Shown: positions 18,048 through 27,916 of the stretch, piece by piece | Layout of the letters: every line of letters starts with the position of its first letter | How positions within the stretch are numbered: the stretch's first letter is position 1 | Assembly: GCA_045614285.1 (NCBI GenBank) | Contig: JAZLCQ010000064.1 | Coordinates: forward strand, 34,191-98,190 | DNA: 64,000 nt | Direction: 5' to 3' | From: Alistipes sp. | Lineage (GTDB): Bacteria > Bacteroidota > Bacteroidia > Bacteroidales > Rikenellaceae | Notes under the pieces: generated by a model | Databases searched by the model: none | What the model was told of the DNA's origin: nothing | The model's input: only the letters and a program-made list of their open reading frames with translations | Position numbers and translations under genes: made by a program

Positions 18048-19361
18048 ATGAAAAGCCGTTCACCATACTTGGGATTCGCCTTTATGGCGATAGTTGTGAG
18101 TCTTGTTTGCAACTTCTCGTATCTGTTATTGTTGGTTTCGAACCAGACCGACACAGGTAACGAGCGCTCGACCCGTCTCCGCAATAAGGAGGTGGTTATC
18201 AAGCAGGTAGAGGGTACTCTATCCGTTTCGGGCGATGGTTACGGCTACATCATAAGCGAAGCGGGTGACAGCGTCTATGTCGACCACCGCAAGGTGCATT
18301 GGTTGGGCTTGACATCGGGCGATAAGTTGCTTGTAGAGGCCAGCGACAGAAGCAATTTCGAGGCTAAGCACCCTATTATGCGCCGCGTTATCGAGCGCAA
18401 TGGCGAGAGCTTCGACTATGGTGCACTCTATCGTGGCTCCGAGCAGTGGAGCATCCTCTTCTACCAGTTCTTCTTCTACTTCGTGCTTTCGTTCATCCTC
18501 CTTGTGGTGATGAACTCGAGAGGTAGAGAGCTCTCGTGGTGGAGATTCCTGCTACGTGCAGCGATATGCGTCATCATTCTCTTTGCCACATACTTCATCT
18601 CGCCTGTGCCTCTGATGCACTCCGGAGAGGTTATTCCGGTATACAAGAGTCGCCAGGTGGTGGAGCTTGTCGTGGTGCTGAAGTCGTGCTTCACACTCGC
18701 CGTGGTAATCCTCTACTCGCGCATCTACACCCTGCTCTATCGTGAGCAGCAGGTGTCGCTCGAAAATGAGATTCTCCGCAACGAGAACCTCACCACAAAG
18801 TACAATATGTTGGCGAGCCAGGTCAATCCGCACTTCCTCTTCAACTCGCTCTCGTCGCTATCGATGTTGGTACGCGAAAAGGATGAGGAGCGAGCGCTGA
18901 AGTATATCGATCAGCTCTCCTACACCTTCCGCTACCTCTCGCAGAATGGCAACAACTCGAACTTTATCTCGTTGCGCCAGGAGATTGAGTTTGCCGAGGC
19001 ATACACCTATCTCTTCAAGATCCGTTATGCCGATAAGATTTCCTTCATCTTCGACATCGACGAGAAGTATCTTGATTACAAGTTGCCGGCGATATCGTTG
19101 CAGCCACTCATTGGTAATGCAGTGAAACACAATACTATAACCTCGAAAAATCCGCTTCACATTCACATCCGCACCGAGGGCGAATACTTGGTGGTATCGA
19201 ACGAGAAGCATCCGATGATTGAGGATAGTTCAGGCACGGGAATTGGTCTTTCGAACCTTAATAGCCGCTACGAGCTGTTGCTGAATCACGAGATTGAGAT
19301 AATTGACAACGAGAAGGAGTTCGTAGTGCGTCTGCCACTCCTCGAAAACCCTAACGAATAG
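18048..19361 (+). CDS. LytS/YehU-type membrane histidine kinase
   Basis: SQVNPHFLFNSL H-box, NAVKHN N-box, GTGIGLSNL G-box; several TM segments. Confidence 0.92.
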   Translation: MKSRSPYLGFAFMAIVVSLVCNFSYLLLLVSNQTDTGNERSTRLRNKEVVIKQVEGTLSVSGDGYGYIISEAGDSVYVDHRKVHWLGLTSGDKLLVEASDRSNFEAKHPIMRRVIERNGESFDYGALYRGSEQWSILFYQFFFYFVLSFILLVVMNSRGRELSWWRFLLRAAICVIILFATYFISPVPLMHSGEVIPVYKSRQVVELVVVLKSCFTLAVVILYSRIYTLLYREQQVSLENEILRNENLTTKYNMLASQVNPHFLFNSLSSLSMLVREKDEERALKYIDQLSYTFRYLSQNGNNSNFISLRQEIEFAEAYTYLFKIRYADKISFIFDIDEKYLDYKLPAISLQPLIGNAVKHNTITSKNPLHIHIRTEGEYLVVSNEKHPMIEDSSGTGIGLSNLNSRYELLLNHEIEIIDNEKEFVVRLPLLENPNE

Positions 19362-19367
19362 AGCCCT

Positions 19368-20129
19368 ATGCGAATAGTTATCATAGAAGACGAGACCGCA
19401 GCTGCGCAGAACCTCTCTGCCATACTGCACAAGGTATGCCCAGACATTGAGGTGGTAAACACCATCGACACAGTAACCGATAGCGTGGAGTTTTTCAACT
19501 CCGCTCCATCGCTCGACCTCGTCTTTATGGATATTCACTTGGCTGACGGCTCGTCGTTCCGCATATTCGACAGTGTCGACATCACAACACCGATAATCTT
19601 CACCACCGCCTACGACCAATATGCCATCGAGGCGTTCAAGGTGAATAGCATCGACTACCTGCTCAAGCCAATCAACGAGGAGAGCGTGCGCCGCGCTATC
19701 GAGAAGTGGCAACGACTGACTTCGATTGAGCGCACCAATTACACCTCGCGCGTAAACGACGTGGCGCAGAAGCAGAAGGCTCAGTCACAGCAAGTCTTCC
19801 TCGTACACTTCCGCGACAAGATTATACCGCTTCAAATCGACGATATTGCCTTCTTCCACACAAGCGAGGAGAGGGTTACCGCCTACTGCTTTGACGGCTC
19901 TAAATATCAGGTCGATATGACCCTCGAGACTCTGCAGTCGAAGCTCCCGAGCGAGATGTTTTTCCGCGCCAATCGCCAGTTCATTATCTCGCGAAAATCG
20001 GTCAAAGATATCTCGGTTTGGTTTGGCAGTCGACTCGCTGTAAACCTCACAATCGAGAGCCCTGAGCGCCTTATTGTGCCGAAAGCACGCGTTCACGAGT
20101 TCAAGGGATGGCTAATTCAGAACAATTAG
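19368..20129 (+). CDS. LytTR-family response regulator
   Basis: IIEDE, FMDIHLADG, FTTAYD, DYLLKP; C-terminal FFRANRQFII. Confidence 0.93.
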   Translation: MRIVIIEDETAAAQNLSAILHKVCPDIEVVNTIDTVTDSVEFFNSAPSLDLVFMDIHLADGSSFRIFDSVDITTPIIFTTAYDQYAIEAFKVNSIDYLLKPINEESVRRAIEKWQRLTSIERTNYTSRVNDVAQKQKAQSQQVFLVHFRDKIIPLQIDDIAFFHTSEERVTAYCFDGSKYQVDMTLETLQSKLPSEMFFRANRQFIISRKSVKDISVWFGSRLAVNLTIESPERLIVPKARVHEFKGWLIQNN

Positions 20130-20133
20130 TAGT

Positions 20134-20203
20134 CATTTCACCCCTTTTTTACGACAATTTACCGCTTTTGATTGAATATAATAGATTATATTCACTACCT
20201 TTG
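20134..20203 (+). promoter_or_regulatory. Putative LytTR operator (direct repeat, 21-bp period) plus -7 promoter box
   Basis: CATTTCACCCCTTTT (20134) and CAATTTACCGCTTTT (20155), then TACCTTTG at 20196-20203. Confidence 0.6.
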
Positions 20204-20277
20204 TGCGGTTTTTAGGAAAGTGACCAACACACACCTCAAAACCAACCAAAACTGCAAACAAAAATAATAGTTATATA

Positions 20278-23200
20278 ATGAAGCGTATAATTGTCTTACT
20301 CTTTGCAGCGGCATTTGCCATCTCTGCATTTGCCCAATCAGGCAAAGTAACATTTTCAATTATTGACAATCAGAGCAAGAAGGGGCTTCCGGGTGCTGTG
20401 GTAGAGGTATACCCTACCGCTAAGCCCGACAACAAGAAGTACTACACTTCGGGTGCGAACGGCTACGTTTCGATCCCTTCGCTCTCGTACGGCGACTACA
20501 CAATGGTCGCAACATTCATCGGTTACAAGGACTTGACCAAGGAGTTCAAGGTCAATGCAGCGTCGTCGTCGCTCGGTAAGTTGTATATCGATGAGGCAGC
20601 AGAGCGCATCGAGACCGTCGTAAAGACCGCGAAGGCTCTCCGCACATCGCAGAATGGTGATACATTGAGCTATAGCGCAGGTGCCTTCAAGGTATCGAAC
20701 GATGCCGATGTGGAGGGACTCTTGAAGAAGATGCCGGGTATCAACATCACCAATGGCTCGGTTGAGGCTCAGGGTGAGACCATCAAGAAGATTTTCGTCG
20801 ATGGTAAGGAGTTCTTTGGCGATGATGTCAACACCGCTATCAAGTCGTTACCTGCTGAGGCTGTAGACCGCATCGAGGTGTTCAACAAGTTGAGTGACCA
20901 GGCCGAGTTCTCGGGTATGGATGATGGCGAAGGCTACAAGGCTATCAATATCGTAACCAAGCCGGGTATGCGTCAGGGTCAGTTCGGTAAGATGTACGCA
21001 GGTATGGGCTACGAGCCAAATTGGGAGAAGAATAACGCTGAGGACTTCGCAAAGGGTCACAAGTGGATTGTTGGCGGTAACGTCAACTTCTTCCAGGGTG
21101 ATGCTCGCGTATCGTTGATCGGTTTGTTCAACAACGTCAACCAGCAGAACTTCTCGTTCGAGGATATCTTGGGCGTAAGTGGCGCACAGCCAGGTCGTGG
21201 TATGCGTGGTACCGTTGGTCAGTATATGGTAAGCCAGCAGAATGGTATCGCACTCGTGAACTCAATCGGTGCAAACTACTCGGATGAGTGGGGTCGTCGC
21301 AACAACGTGAAGTTCCAGGGTTCGCTCTTCTTCAACCACACCGACACAGACAACAACTCGGAGACAGAGAAGTGGTACGAGAGCCCAATGCCTACAGGTT
21401 ATATGTGGAAGCAGGGCGTATCGAACACTATCAACTACAACGCTCGTTTCAATGCACGTCTCGACTGGAAGATTTCGCGTAACGCATCGTTGATGTCGCG
21501 TACATCGTTCTCATATCAGGGCAACAACCCTACATCGAACAGCGAGGGTTACACCCACGGTTACGAGTACGATGCCGAGAGCGAGGATGATCACCAGGCT
21601 ATGTCATATATGAAGTCGTACAGCTGGAGCAAGATGAATGCATTCCGCTTCAACGAGTTCTTGCAGTTGCGTACCAAGCTCGGTAAGCCTGGTCGTACAC
21701 TCACCGTCGATGGTCGTTTCAACTACCAGAACAACGAGCGCAAGCAGAAGACTACGGCTAACGACGCAAACGGTGTGACATACAACGATCCTACCTACTC
21801 GGACGAGTACAACAACTACTTCGGAGAGGGTAAGTCTTGGCAGGATATGGCGAACAGCTCTATCTTCTTCTCGCCACTCTACCAGTACATCCACCGTCCA
21901 AGCGAGGAGTACACCATCCGTGCAAATGTAACCTACAACGAGCCAATCTCGAGCTCGGCTCAGGTTTCGTTGCAGTATCGTATGTTGTACGAGCACGAGA
22001 TGAACGACAAGAAGACCTACTACACCGACGCTCAGTACGGAAATATGGTCCTTAACGAGAATATGTCGCAGAAGTTCCAGAGCGGTTTCTGGACACACCG
22101 CTTAGGTCCAGGTTTCCGCTACTCGAAGAACAAGAACACCGTAGTATTGAACCTCTCGTACCAGCGTGACATCCTCGATGGCAGCATCGTAGGTACTCAG
22201 GGCGACAAGATTGACAAGCACTACAACAAGTTCTCGTACTTCGGTATGGCTAACATCGCCTTCAACAAGGAGAACACCCTTCGTGTATTCCTCCGTTCGT
22301 GGTCGGGTAACCCATCGGTAACTCAGTTGCAGAGCATCTTCGATGTATCGAATCCGCAGTATATCAGCATTGGTAACAAGGCGTTGAATCCATCATTCAC
22401 CCACAACTTGAGCATGCACTACAACCTCTCGAAGGTGGAGAAGGGTATCACATTTATGTGGATGTTCAATGCTCAGATGCAGCAGGATTACATCTCGGCT
22501 TCGACTTGGAACAACCCTAACGGATTCGAGTTGCCGGCTGACTTCAACGGTGTAACCATCCCTACCGACCAAGAGGGTAAGGCTTACCGTCCAAAGGAGG
22601 TAACATCATACGAGAATATGGATGGCTACTACTCGTTGCGTACTCACGTTTCGCTCGGTTTGCCACTCTCATTTATGAAGTGTAACCTCAACATCAAGGG
22701 TGGTGTGGTTTACAACCGCGTTCCTTCGGCTATCTACGCAACTGGCACAGGCAGCGTATTGGAGAATATGATTAACCACGTTTTCGACACCAACTACGCT
22801 AACAATATCGGCTACGATGCGGGCGTAACACTCGGTAGTAACATCTCGGAGAATCTCGACTTCACCATCTCGTGGAACGGTACCTACAACCAGGCTTGGA
22901 ACACCATCGGCAACACCAATAAGAACGAGTACTTCAACCACTCGGTAAATGGTAACGTGAAGTGGACATTCCTCAAGCGTTTGACCCTCACAGGTGCTAT
23001 CTCGTACGTGCAGTACCTCGGTTTCACCGACAAGTACAACGAGGACTATGTACTCTGCAACGTATACCTCGGCTGCAAGGTATTCAAGAACAAGCGCGGC
23101 GAGGTTCAGGTGGGTGTAAACGACATCTTCAACCAGAACACATCGTTTGCTCGTTCGACCGGTTCGGGCTACACTCAGAACTCTTGGAACAGCTGTATCG

Positions 23201-23355
23201 GCCGCTACTTCTCGGTACAGTTCGTATACAACCTCCGCCACTTCGGCAAGAAGGGTTCGACCAAGATGTCTGACTACGGCTACAAGGAGTCAAGCGGCTC
23301 GGTTGGCGTAAACCGTGGCACTTCGACAACTGGTTGGTATGGCCCAAGACGATAA
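20278..23355 (+). CDS. Outer-membrane beta-barrel (TonB-dependent-receptor-like) protein with an N-terminal carboxypeptidase-regulatory-like domain
   Basis: Signal peptide; plug-like LLKKMPGI...IFVDGKEFFGDD...LPAEAVDRIEVF; GNKALNPSF; last strand GRYFSVQFVYNL. Confidence 0.85.
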   Translation: MKRIIVLLFAAAFAISAFAQSGKVTFSIIDNQSKKGLPGAVVEVYPTAKPDNKKYYTSGANGYVSIPSLSYGDYTMVATFIGYKDLTKEFKVNAASSSLGKLYIDEAAERIETVVKTAKALRTSQNGDTLSYSAGAFKVSNDADVEGLLKKMPGINITNGSVEAQGETIKKIFVDGKEFFGDDVNTAIKSLPAEAVDRIEVFNKLSDQAEFSGMDDGEGYKAINIVTKPGMRQGQFGKMYAGMGYEPNWEKNNAEDFAKGHKWIVGGNVNFFQGDARVSLIGLFNNVNQQNFSFEDILGVSGAQPGRGMRGTVGQYMVSQQNGIALVNSIGANYSDEWGRRNNVKFQGSLFFNHTDTDNNSETEKWYESPMPTGYMWKQGVSNTINYNARFNARLDWKISRNASLMSRTSFSYQGNNPTSNSEGYTHGYEYDAESEDDHQAMSYMKSYSWSKMNAFRFNEFLQLRTKLGKPGRTLTVDGRFNYQNNERKQKTTANDANGVTYNDPTYSDEYNNYFGEGKSWQDMANSSIFFSPLYQYIHRPSEEYTIRANVTYNEPISSSAQVSLQYRMLYEHEMNDKKTYYTDAQYGNMVLNENMSQKFQSGFWTHRLGPGFRYSKNKNTVVLNLSYQRDILDGSIVGTQGDKIDKHYNKFSYFGMANIAFNKENTLRVFLRSWSGNPSVTQLQSIFDVSNPQYISIGNKALNPSFTHNLSMHYNLSKVEKGITFMWMFNAQMQQDYISASTWNNPNGFELPADFNGVTIPTDQEGKAYRPKEVTSYENMDGYYSLRTHVSLGLPLSFMKCNLNIKGGVVYNRVPSAIYATGTGSVLENMINHVFDTNYANNIGYDAGVTLGSNISENLDFTISWNGTYNQAWNTIGNTNKNEYFNHSVNGNVKWTFLKRLTLTGAISYVQYLGFTDKYNEDYVLCNVYLGCKVFKNKRGEVQVGVNDIFNQNTSFARSTGSGYTQNSWNSCIGRYFSVQFVYNLRHFGKKGSTKMSDYGYKESSGSVGVNRGTSTTGWYGPRR

Positions 23356-23375
23356 ATCTTAGATAGAGATACAAG

Positions 23376-23406
23376 AAAATGGCTGAGCGGATGCTCAGCC
23401 ATTTTT
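23376..23406. terminator. Intrinsic terminator between convergent genes
   Basis: AAAATGGCTGAGC-GGAT-GCTCAGCCATTTT. Confidence 0.8.
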
Positions 23407-23423
23407 GTTTGTTCGTGGGTCGA

Positions 23424-24593
23424 CTACCACTCTACATTGAATGTCACAGGCAATGGCTTGTTTGCGCCAATCTGGAACGACTCAACAAAGAAGTTTACAA
23501 GGATATTCTTTGTATCCTCGCTCATAAGCGGCTGCTTATTGTCAACCAACACCAAGCGTACCTTCAACGAATGGGTGCTGTGTGGAGCCAAGTAGATATG
23601 ACGGTCAAACCAATACTTCTCAGAGCCAGGAGCCTTAGTGAGACGAATCGGAATGCTCGATGTGTTCTCCAAGACGAATGTCAACTGCTTCGGAGAGAAC
23701 TTCACGTTCTTCACCTTCACGCAAGCGTGGAAGAGCGGCAATAGCTCCTGCTCACGACCATAGACAACACCCTCGCCAAATACTGCGGTACGACGTGACT
23801 CGATAGCCTCACGAACACCCTCAGCCGAACGCTCCTTCGCAAAGAGGAGTGTCACTACGCGGTGCTGGCCACCCTTGTAGTCGAGTTTTGTAAAGAATGG
23901 GGAGTGCGAATCCGAACAACCCATAATAGCGAGGTTATGCTTCAAGCACCACTCGTGGCTCTCAGGCGAGTAACCGGTCTCAGCGTTGAAAATCTCGATT
24001 GCATCCATCAAGCCCTCCTTGAGAATCTTCTTATGTGCTGGCCACATAATAGTCTCGTTAGGAGCGTGCTTGCTCCAGTTCGGGTGATTCCACATCAACA
24101 AAGCGCCCTGCTTGCGAGCCTCGCGAAGTCCACCCTCCATCGCCAATACGTGGTCGTGGTCATTCTTCTCGGCTGCAGCACAGATATCGTCATTATCCTT
24201 CACAAAGAGGCAGTTGAAGTGTCCCGGAGGCATACCTCGGGTAATCTCACCACCGTGAATTACGATGACATCATTCTTTGCGGCAACAGCCTTTGCCAAC
24301 TTGTAAGAGGCATCACGGTCGCACTTCTCTGTGAAGTAGCCACGCTTTCTCATCTTCTGGTGACGAGTGTCGAGGTGGTCGGTAATTGCAATCACATCCA
24401 AACCCTCCCATGCAGCCTCCTCCACGCGAGTTGTAGGCCATACGGTAGCATCCGAGAAGATTGTGTGCATGTGAAAATCGCCCTTCAATGTCACATATCC
24501 GTCGACATTAGGGATTACAATCTTATTGGGCGTATAGGCCATAGTGGCTGACGACGCCAACAAGAGTGCAAAAAACAAGGTTAATCTCTTCAT
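23424..24593 (-). CDS. Secreted PHP-domain phosphoesterase
   Basis: DFHMHT, ITDH, GHFN, NHPNW and SDSH metal ligands; signal peptide. Confidence 0.85.
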   Translation of the reverse strand: MKRLTLFFALLLASSATMAYTPNKIVIPNVDGYVTLKGDFHMHTIFSDATVWPTTRVEEAAWEGLDVIAITDHLDTRHQKMRKRGYFTEKCDRDASYKLAKAVAAKNDVIVIHGGEITRGMPPGHFNCLFVKDNDDICAAAEKNDHDHVLAMEGGLREARKQGALLMWNHPNWSKHAPNETIMWPAHKKILKEGLMDAIEIFNAETGYSPESHEWCLKHNLAIMGCSDSHSPFFTKLDYKGGQHRVVTLLFAKERSAEGVREAIESRRTAVFGEGVVYGREQELLPLFHACVKVKNVKFSPKQLTFVLENTSSIPIRLTKAPGSEKYWFDRHIYLAPHSTHSLKVRLVLVDNKQPLMSEDTKNILVNFFVESFQIGANKPLPVTFNVEW

Positions 24594-24654
24594 TTTGCTA
24601 ATAATTTTGGTTAAACGATTAGCAAATATAACCTCTTTTTACGACAAATGCAAA

Positions 24655-25737
24655 TCAGCGACGATTGGCCACGACTGCACCTGCACCATAGAGAACGACC
24701 AAGGCCCACTGCAGAGTGAGTTTTGGAGCGACATCAGTGAGGGTTGCGCCCATACTCTGCACCGCAATCCACGCCTCGACAGCCGAAGAGCTCGGCACCA
24801 CCCTACCTGCGACATAGAGCCACTGCGGAAACGACTCGGGTGGCAACGAAACACCACTCACAAGGAGGAACGGAATCGACAACCACAAGAGCCACACCAA
24901 CGAGCTCTCACGACGACGAAAGAGCGCACCGACCATCTGCGCAAGAAGAATCACAGCCAAAAGATATGGCACTACAACCGCCACACAACGCCACCACACG
25001 CCTCGCATCGGATAGTCGAACAACGAATAGTGAATCGTAAGCATAAAACCAAGTGTGAGGGCGTAGATTGCAAGATAGACGAGTGTACGGCCCGCAGTGA
25101 TAGTGAGAGCCGAATCGCTACTATAGCGCAGACCCTGCTCGCGTCGCGTGACCGAAACCATACCGATGCCGATAAGGGCGGTCTGTTGCACTATAAGCAG
25201 AATTATTGCCGGCATAACGAAAATGCCATAGCCCAGCGAGGGGTTGAAGAGGTTGCGTTGCTCGTAGATTATGGGTGGATTATAGAATCCGTGACGGCAC
25301 TCAATTATCTCGGCATTCATCTGCTGAATAGTCGCCACAGCACCCGATACAACCTCACGATAGGCGAGGAAATAGCTCGCATCTCCAAGGATTGCCACTC
25401 TTGTCTGATGCTGAGCAAGAATATCACGTTCGAGGTCGGGCGATAGGTCTATAATGCCCCACGCCTTGCGCTCACGCAACAAAGCCTCGGCCGCATCCAT
25501 ATCGGCAACACAGTGCGCTACGCGAAGCTTAGGCGAGGCATCTAACATCTCAATGAGACGGCGGGATGTGGCACCCTCCTCCTCCACAACGACAGCTATA
25601 GGCACCTCATCGAGTACCTCACCGCCATAGCCGAGCGAATAGGATATGCCATAGATGAACAATGCGAAGACAACTATCAACGCTACACCCTCATCCCGCC
25701 AAAGGGTACGCCACTCCTCTTTTATAATTGAAAACAT
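24655..25737 (-). CDS. ABC-2 type permease (YbhR/YhhJ-like)
   Basis: LFNPSLGYGIFVMPA plus multiple TM helices; TAATG overlap with the upstream stop codon. Confidence 0.85.
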   Translation of the reverse strand: MFSIIKEEWRTLWRDEGVALIVVFALFIYGISYSLGYGGEVLDEVPIAVVVEEEGATSRRLIEMLDASPKLRVAHCVADMDAAEALLRERKAWGIIDLSPDLERDILAQHQTRVAILGDASYFLAYREVVSGAVATIQQMNAEIIECRHGFYNPPIIYEQRNLFNPSLGYGIFVMPAIILLIVQQTALIGIGMVSVTRREQGLRYSSDSALTITAGRTLVYLAIYALTLGFMLTIHYSLFDYPMRGVWWRCVAVVVPYLLAVILLAQMVGALFRRRESSLVWLLWLSIPFLLVSGVSLPPESFPQWLYVAGRVVPSSSAVEAWIAVQSMGATLTDVAPKLTLQWALVVLYGAGAVVANRR

Positions 25738-26921
25738 TACAGACGACACCAATATTTACGATTTATCAGGACCTTTTTGAGTCGCGCCAGTGCGAGCAAG
25801 GGCAATAGGCAAAAGAGCAACATTGCAGCAATATCCTCCATCGAGAGCCACCACGCCGACCCTCGTACCGCCTGGTCGATATACAACTTCATATAATAGG
25901 TATAGGGAAAGAGCATCGTCAGCGGTTGCACAGCCGAGAGCATCGCCATAGTCGGGAATGTTACGCCCGAAAAGGTGAATGCCAAGACCGAGTAACCGCC
26001 TCCAAGCGATAGCGATAGTCGAAACGAAGCAGTCAATGCGACAACAAAGATGGCAACGGCCTGATATGCCATAATCAGCACTATCGTACCTGCAATAAGC
26101 ACACCCCACGATCCACTCATCGGCGCACCATACACTCCGAAAATAAGAGTGCCTTCTACTACGGCCAAGAGCCATAGCACCATTGTCGTAGGCGCAAGTT
26201 TACCCATCAAAGCCCCGACAAGCGACCCATTTGCAGAGCGTAGCCACTCCACCGTTGTTGCCCGACGTAGCTCCGAGCCAATAGCATAGATGGTCGAGAG
26301 CATAGCCGCAATAATCAAAATCATCACCAAGAAGCAGGGTGCGACATAGTAGGCGTAGTTGAGCCAGGGGTTGAAGAGTCCATAGGTCGAGAAGCCTATC
26401 GGCATCACCTGAGCCATAGCCTCATCGGGCGCAGCCCCCACCATCTCGGCACGTTGCAGCGCCACACCCACACCAAACGATGTGACCGCCGTATGCACAC
26501 CCTTTGCCGCGAGGGAGTTCGACGAAACATTCGTACCCGAATCGTAGAGAATAACCTCGGCCGGCACACCCGCAAGGAGATCTTTTGAAAAGCCTTCGGG
26601 GATCTCCACCACCGCCACTACATCGCCCTGCAAGAGACGTTCACGCGCCTCCGCCATATCGGCGCACCCCTCGGCAAGCGAGGTTTGATGCGTTGCACGA
26701 ATCATAGAGACCAGTTTGCGCGAGAGTGAGCTATTATCCTCATCCACAACCGCTACGGGGAGTGGCCCTACCACCTCCTGCGAAAAGAAGATGGCAAAAA
26801 AGAGGATTACCCCAAGTGGCAACCATAGCAGAACTGCTCGGTACTCGCCATTCGAGGCTATGCGCTCCATCTCACGCTTTGCCGAAGCAACCACACCCGA
26901 CCAAAATCGTTTGATAGTCAT
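25737..26921 (-). CDS. ABC-2 type permease (YbhS-like)
   Basis: PVAVVDEDNSSLSR, FNPWLNYAYY, FSGVTFP. Confidence 0.85.
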   Translation of the reverse strand: MTIKRFWSGVVASAKREMERIASNGEYRAVLLWLPLGVILFFAIFFSQEVVGPLPVAVVDEDNSSLSRKLVSMIRATHQTSLAEGCADMAEARERLLQGDVVAVVEIPEGFSKDLLAGVPAEVILYDSGTNVSSNSLAAKGVHTAVTSFGVGVALQRAEMVGAAPDEAMAQVMPIGFSTYGLFNPWLNYAYYVAPCFLVMILIIAAMLSTIYAIGSELRRATTVEWLRSANGSLVGALMGKLAPTTMVLWLLAVVEGTLIFGVYGAPMSGSWGVLIAGTIVLIMAYQAVAIFVVALTASFRLSLSLGGGYSVLAFTFSGVTFPTMAMLSAVQPLTMLFPYTYYMKLYIDQAVRGSAWWLSMEDIAAMLLFCLLPLLALARLKKVLINRKYWCRL

Positions 26922-27904
26922 CGTTCGTTCGGTTTTTTCAATTCGAGAATGACGCTCATCCCTGCCCGCAAAGGGACTTCATCGAGGGGTTTCATCTTCA
27001 CCTCGAAGGTGCAGATATCGAAATCCCCGCGAGCCGAAGTGGCACTCTGCGTGGCATAATCTGCTTCGGCCGAGATGTAGACCACCTCAAACTTCACGCT
27101 TCGCTCCAAGGCCGGCACCTCGGCGTGAACACGCTCACCCACAGCAAGTTGTGGCAGCAGCGTTTCGCTAATATTAAACACTGCCTTGGACGTTGCGCTG
27201 ACCGCAATGGTCACTGCGGGATAGCCACTGCCGACAATCTCGCCCTCATTCGCCACTACCGTATCGACAACACCATCAACGGGTGAGCAGACTACCCTGT
27301 CGGCCAAATAGCGCTCAACCTCTTCGACCACACTCTGCGCCTGTTGCACTTGTGCTGCAGCAGCCTCCTTATCCTCGCGTGAAGCGCCCTCTACAGCCAA
27401 GTTATACTGCGATCTTGCAGCCTGCTCGGTCGCCTTTGCTGCCTCGAATGCAGCGAGTGCTTCATCATATTTTTGCGCCGAAACAACACCCTTGTCGTAG
27501 AGATTTTTGACACGTTCGTAGCTCTGGCGAGCGAGTGTAACGCCCACCTGCGCCTTGCGCCACATATCACGCGCAGAGCGAACAATCGGCTTGCGAGTAC
27601 CCGCCTTAGCCTTCTTGCTAATGGCCTTAGCGCCGCTCAAAACAGCCTCGACCTGTGCCAACTTGGCATCCAACTCGGGCGTCGAAATCACATAGAGCGT
27701 ATCGCCTCGACTGACTGAGTCGCCCTCCTCGACAAACATTTTATCTATGCGTCCCGCAATCTTCGAGGCCATACGGAGCGTCGTACACTCGACAAATCCC
27801 TGCGCCGTAATCTTCTCCTTACGCCCCCAGCGATAGCCGATAAAAATCACAATCGAAATCAGAAGAATCAACACGACGATAAGCGAAATATTTGTTTTTC
27901 TCAT
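26918..27904 (-). CDS. HlyD-family periplasmic adaptor
   Basis: SKIAGRIDKMFVEEGDSV and SPVDGVV lipoyl-like halves around a coiled coil. Confidence 0.9.
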   Translation of the reverse strand: MRKTNISLIVVLILLISIVIFIGYRWGRKEKITAQGFVECTTLRMASKIAGRIDKMFVEEGDSVSRGDTLYVISTPELDAKLAQVEAVLSGAKAISKKAKAGTRKPIVRSARDMWRKAQVGVTLARQSYERVKNLYDKGVVSAQKYDEALAAFEAAKATEQAARSQYNLAVEGASREDKEAAAAQVQQAQSVVEEVERYLADRVVCSPVDGVVDTVVANEGEIVGSGYPAVTIAVSATSKAVFNISETLLPQLAVGERVHAEVPALERSVKFEVVYISAEADYATQSATSARGDFDICTFEVKMKPLDEVPLRAGMSVILELKKPNER

Positions 27905-27916
27905 ACTCAACACACT

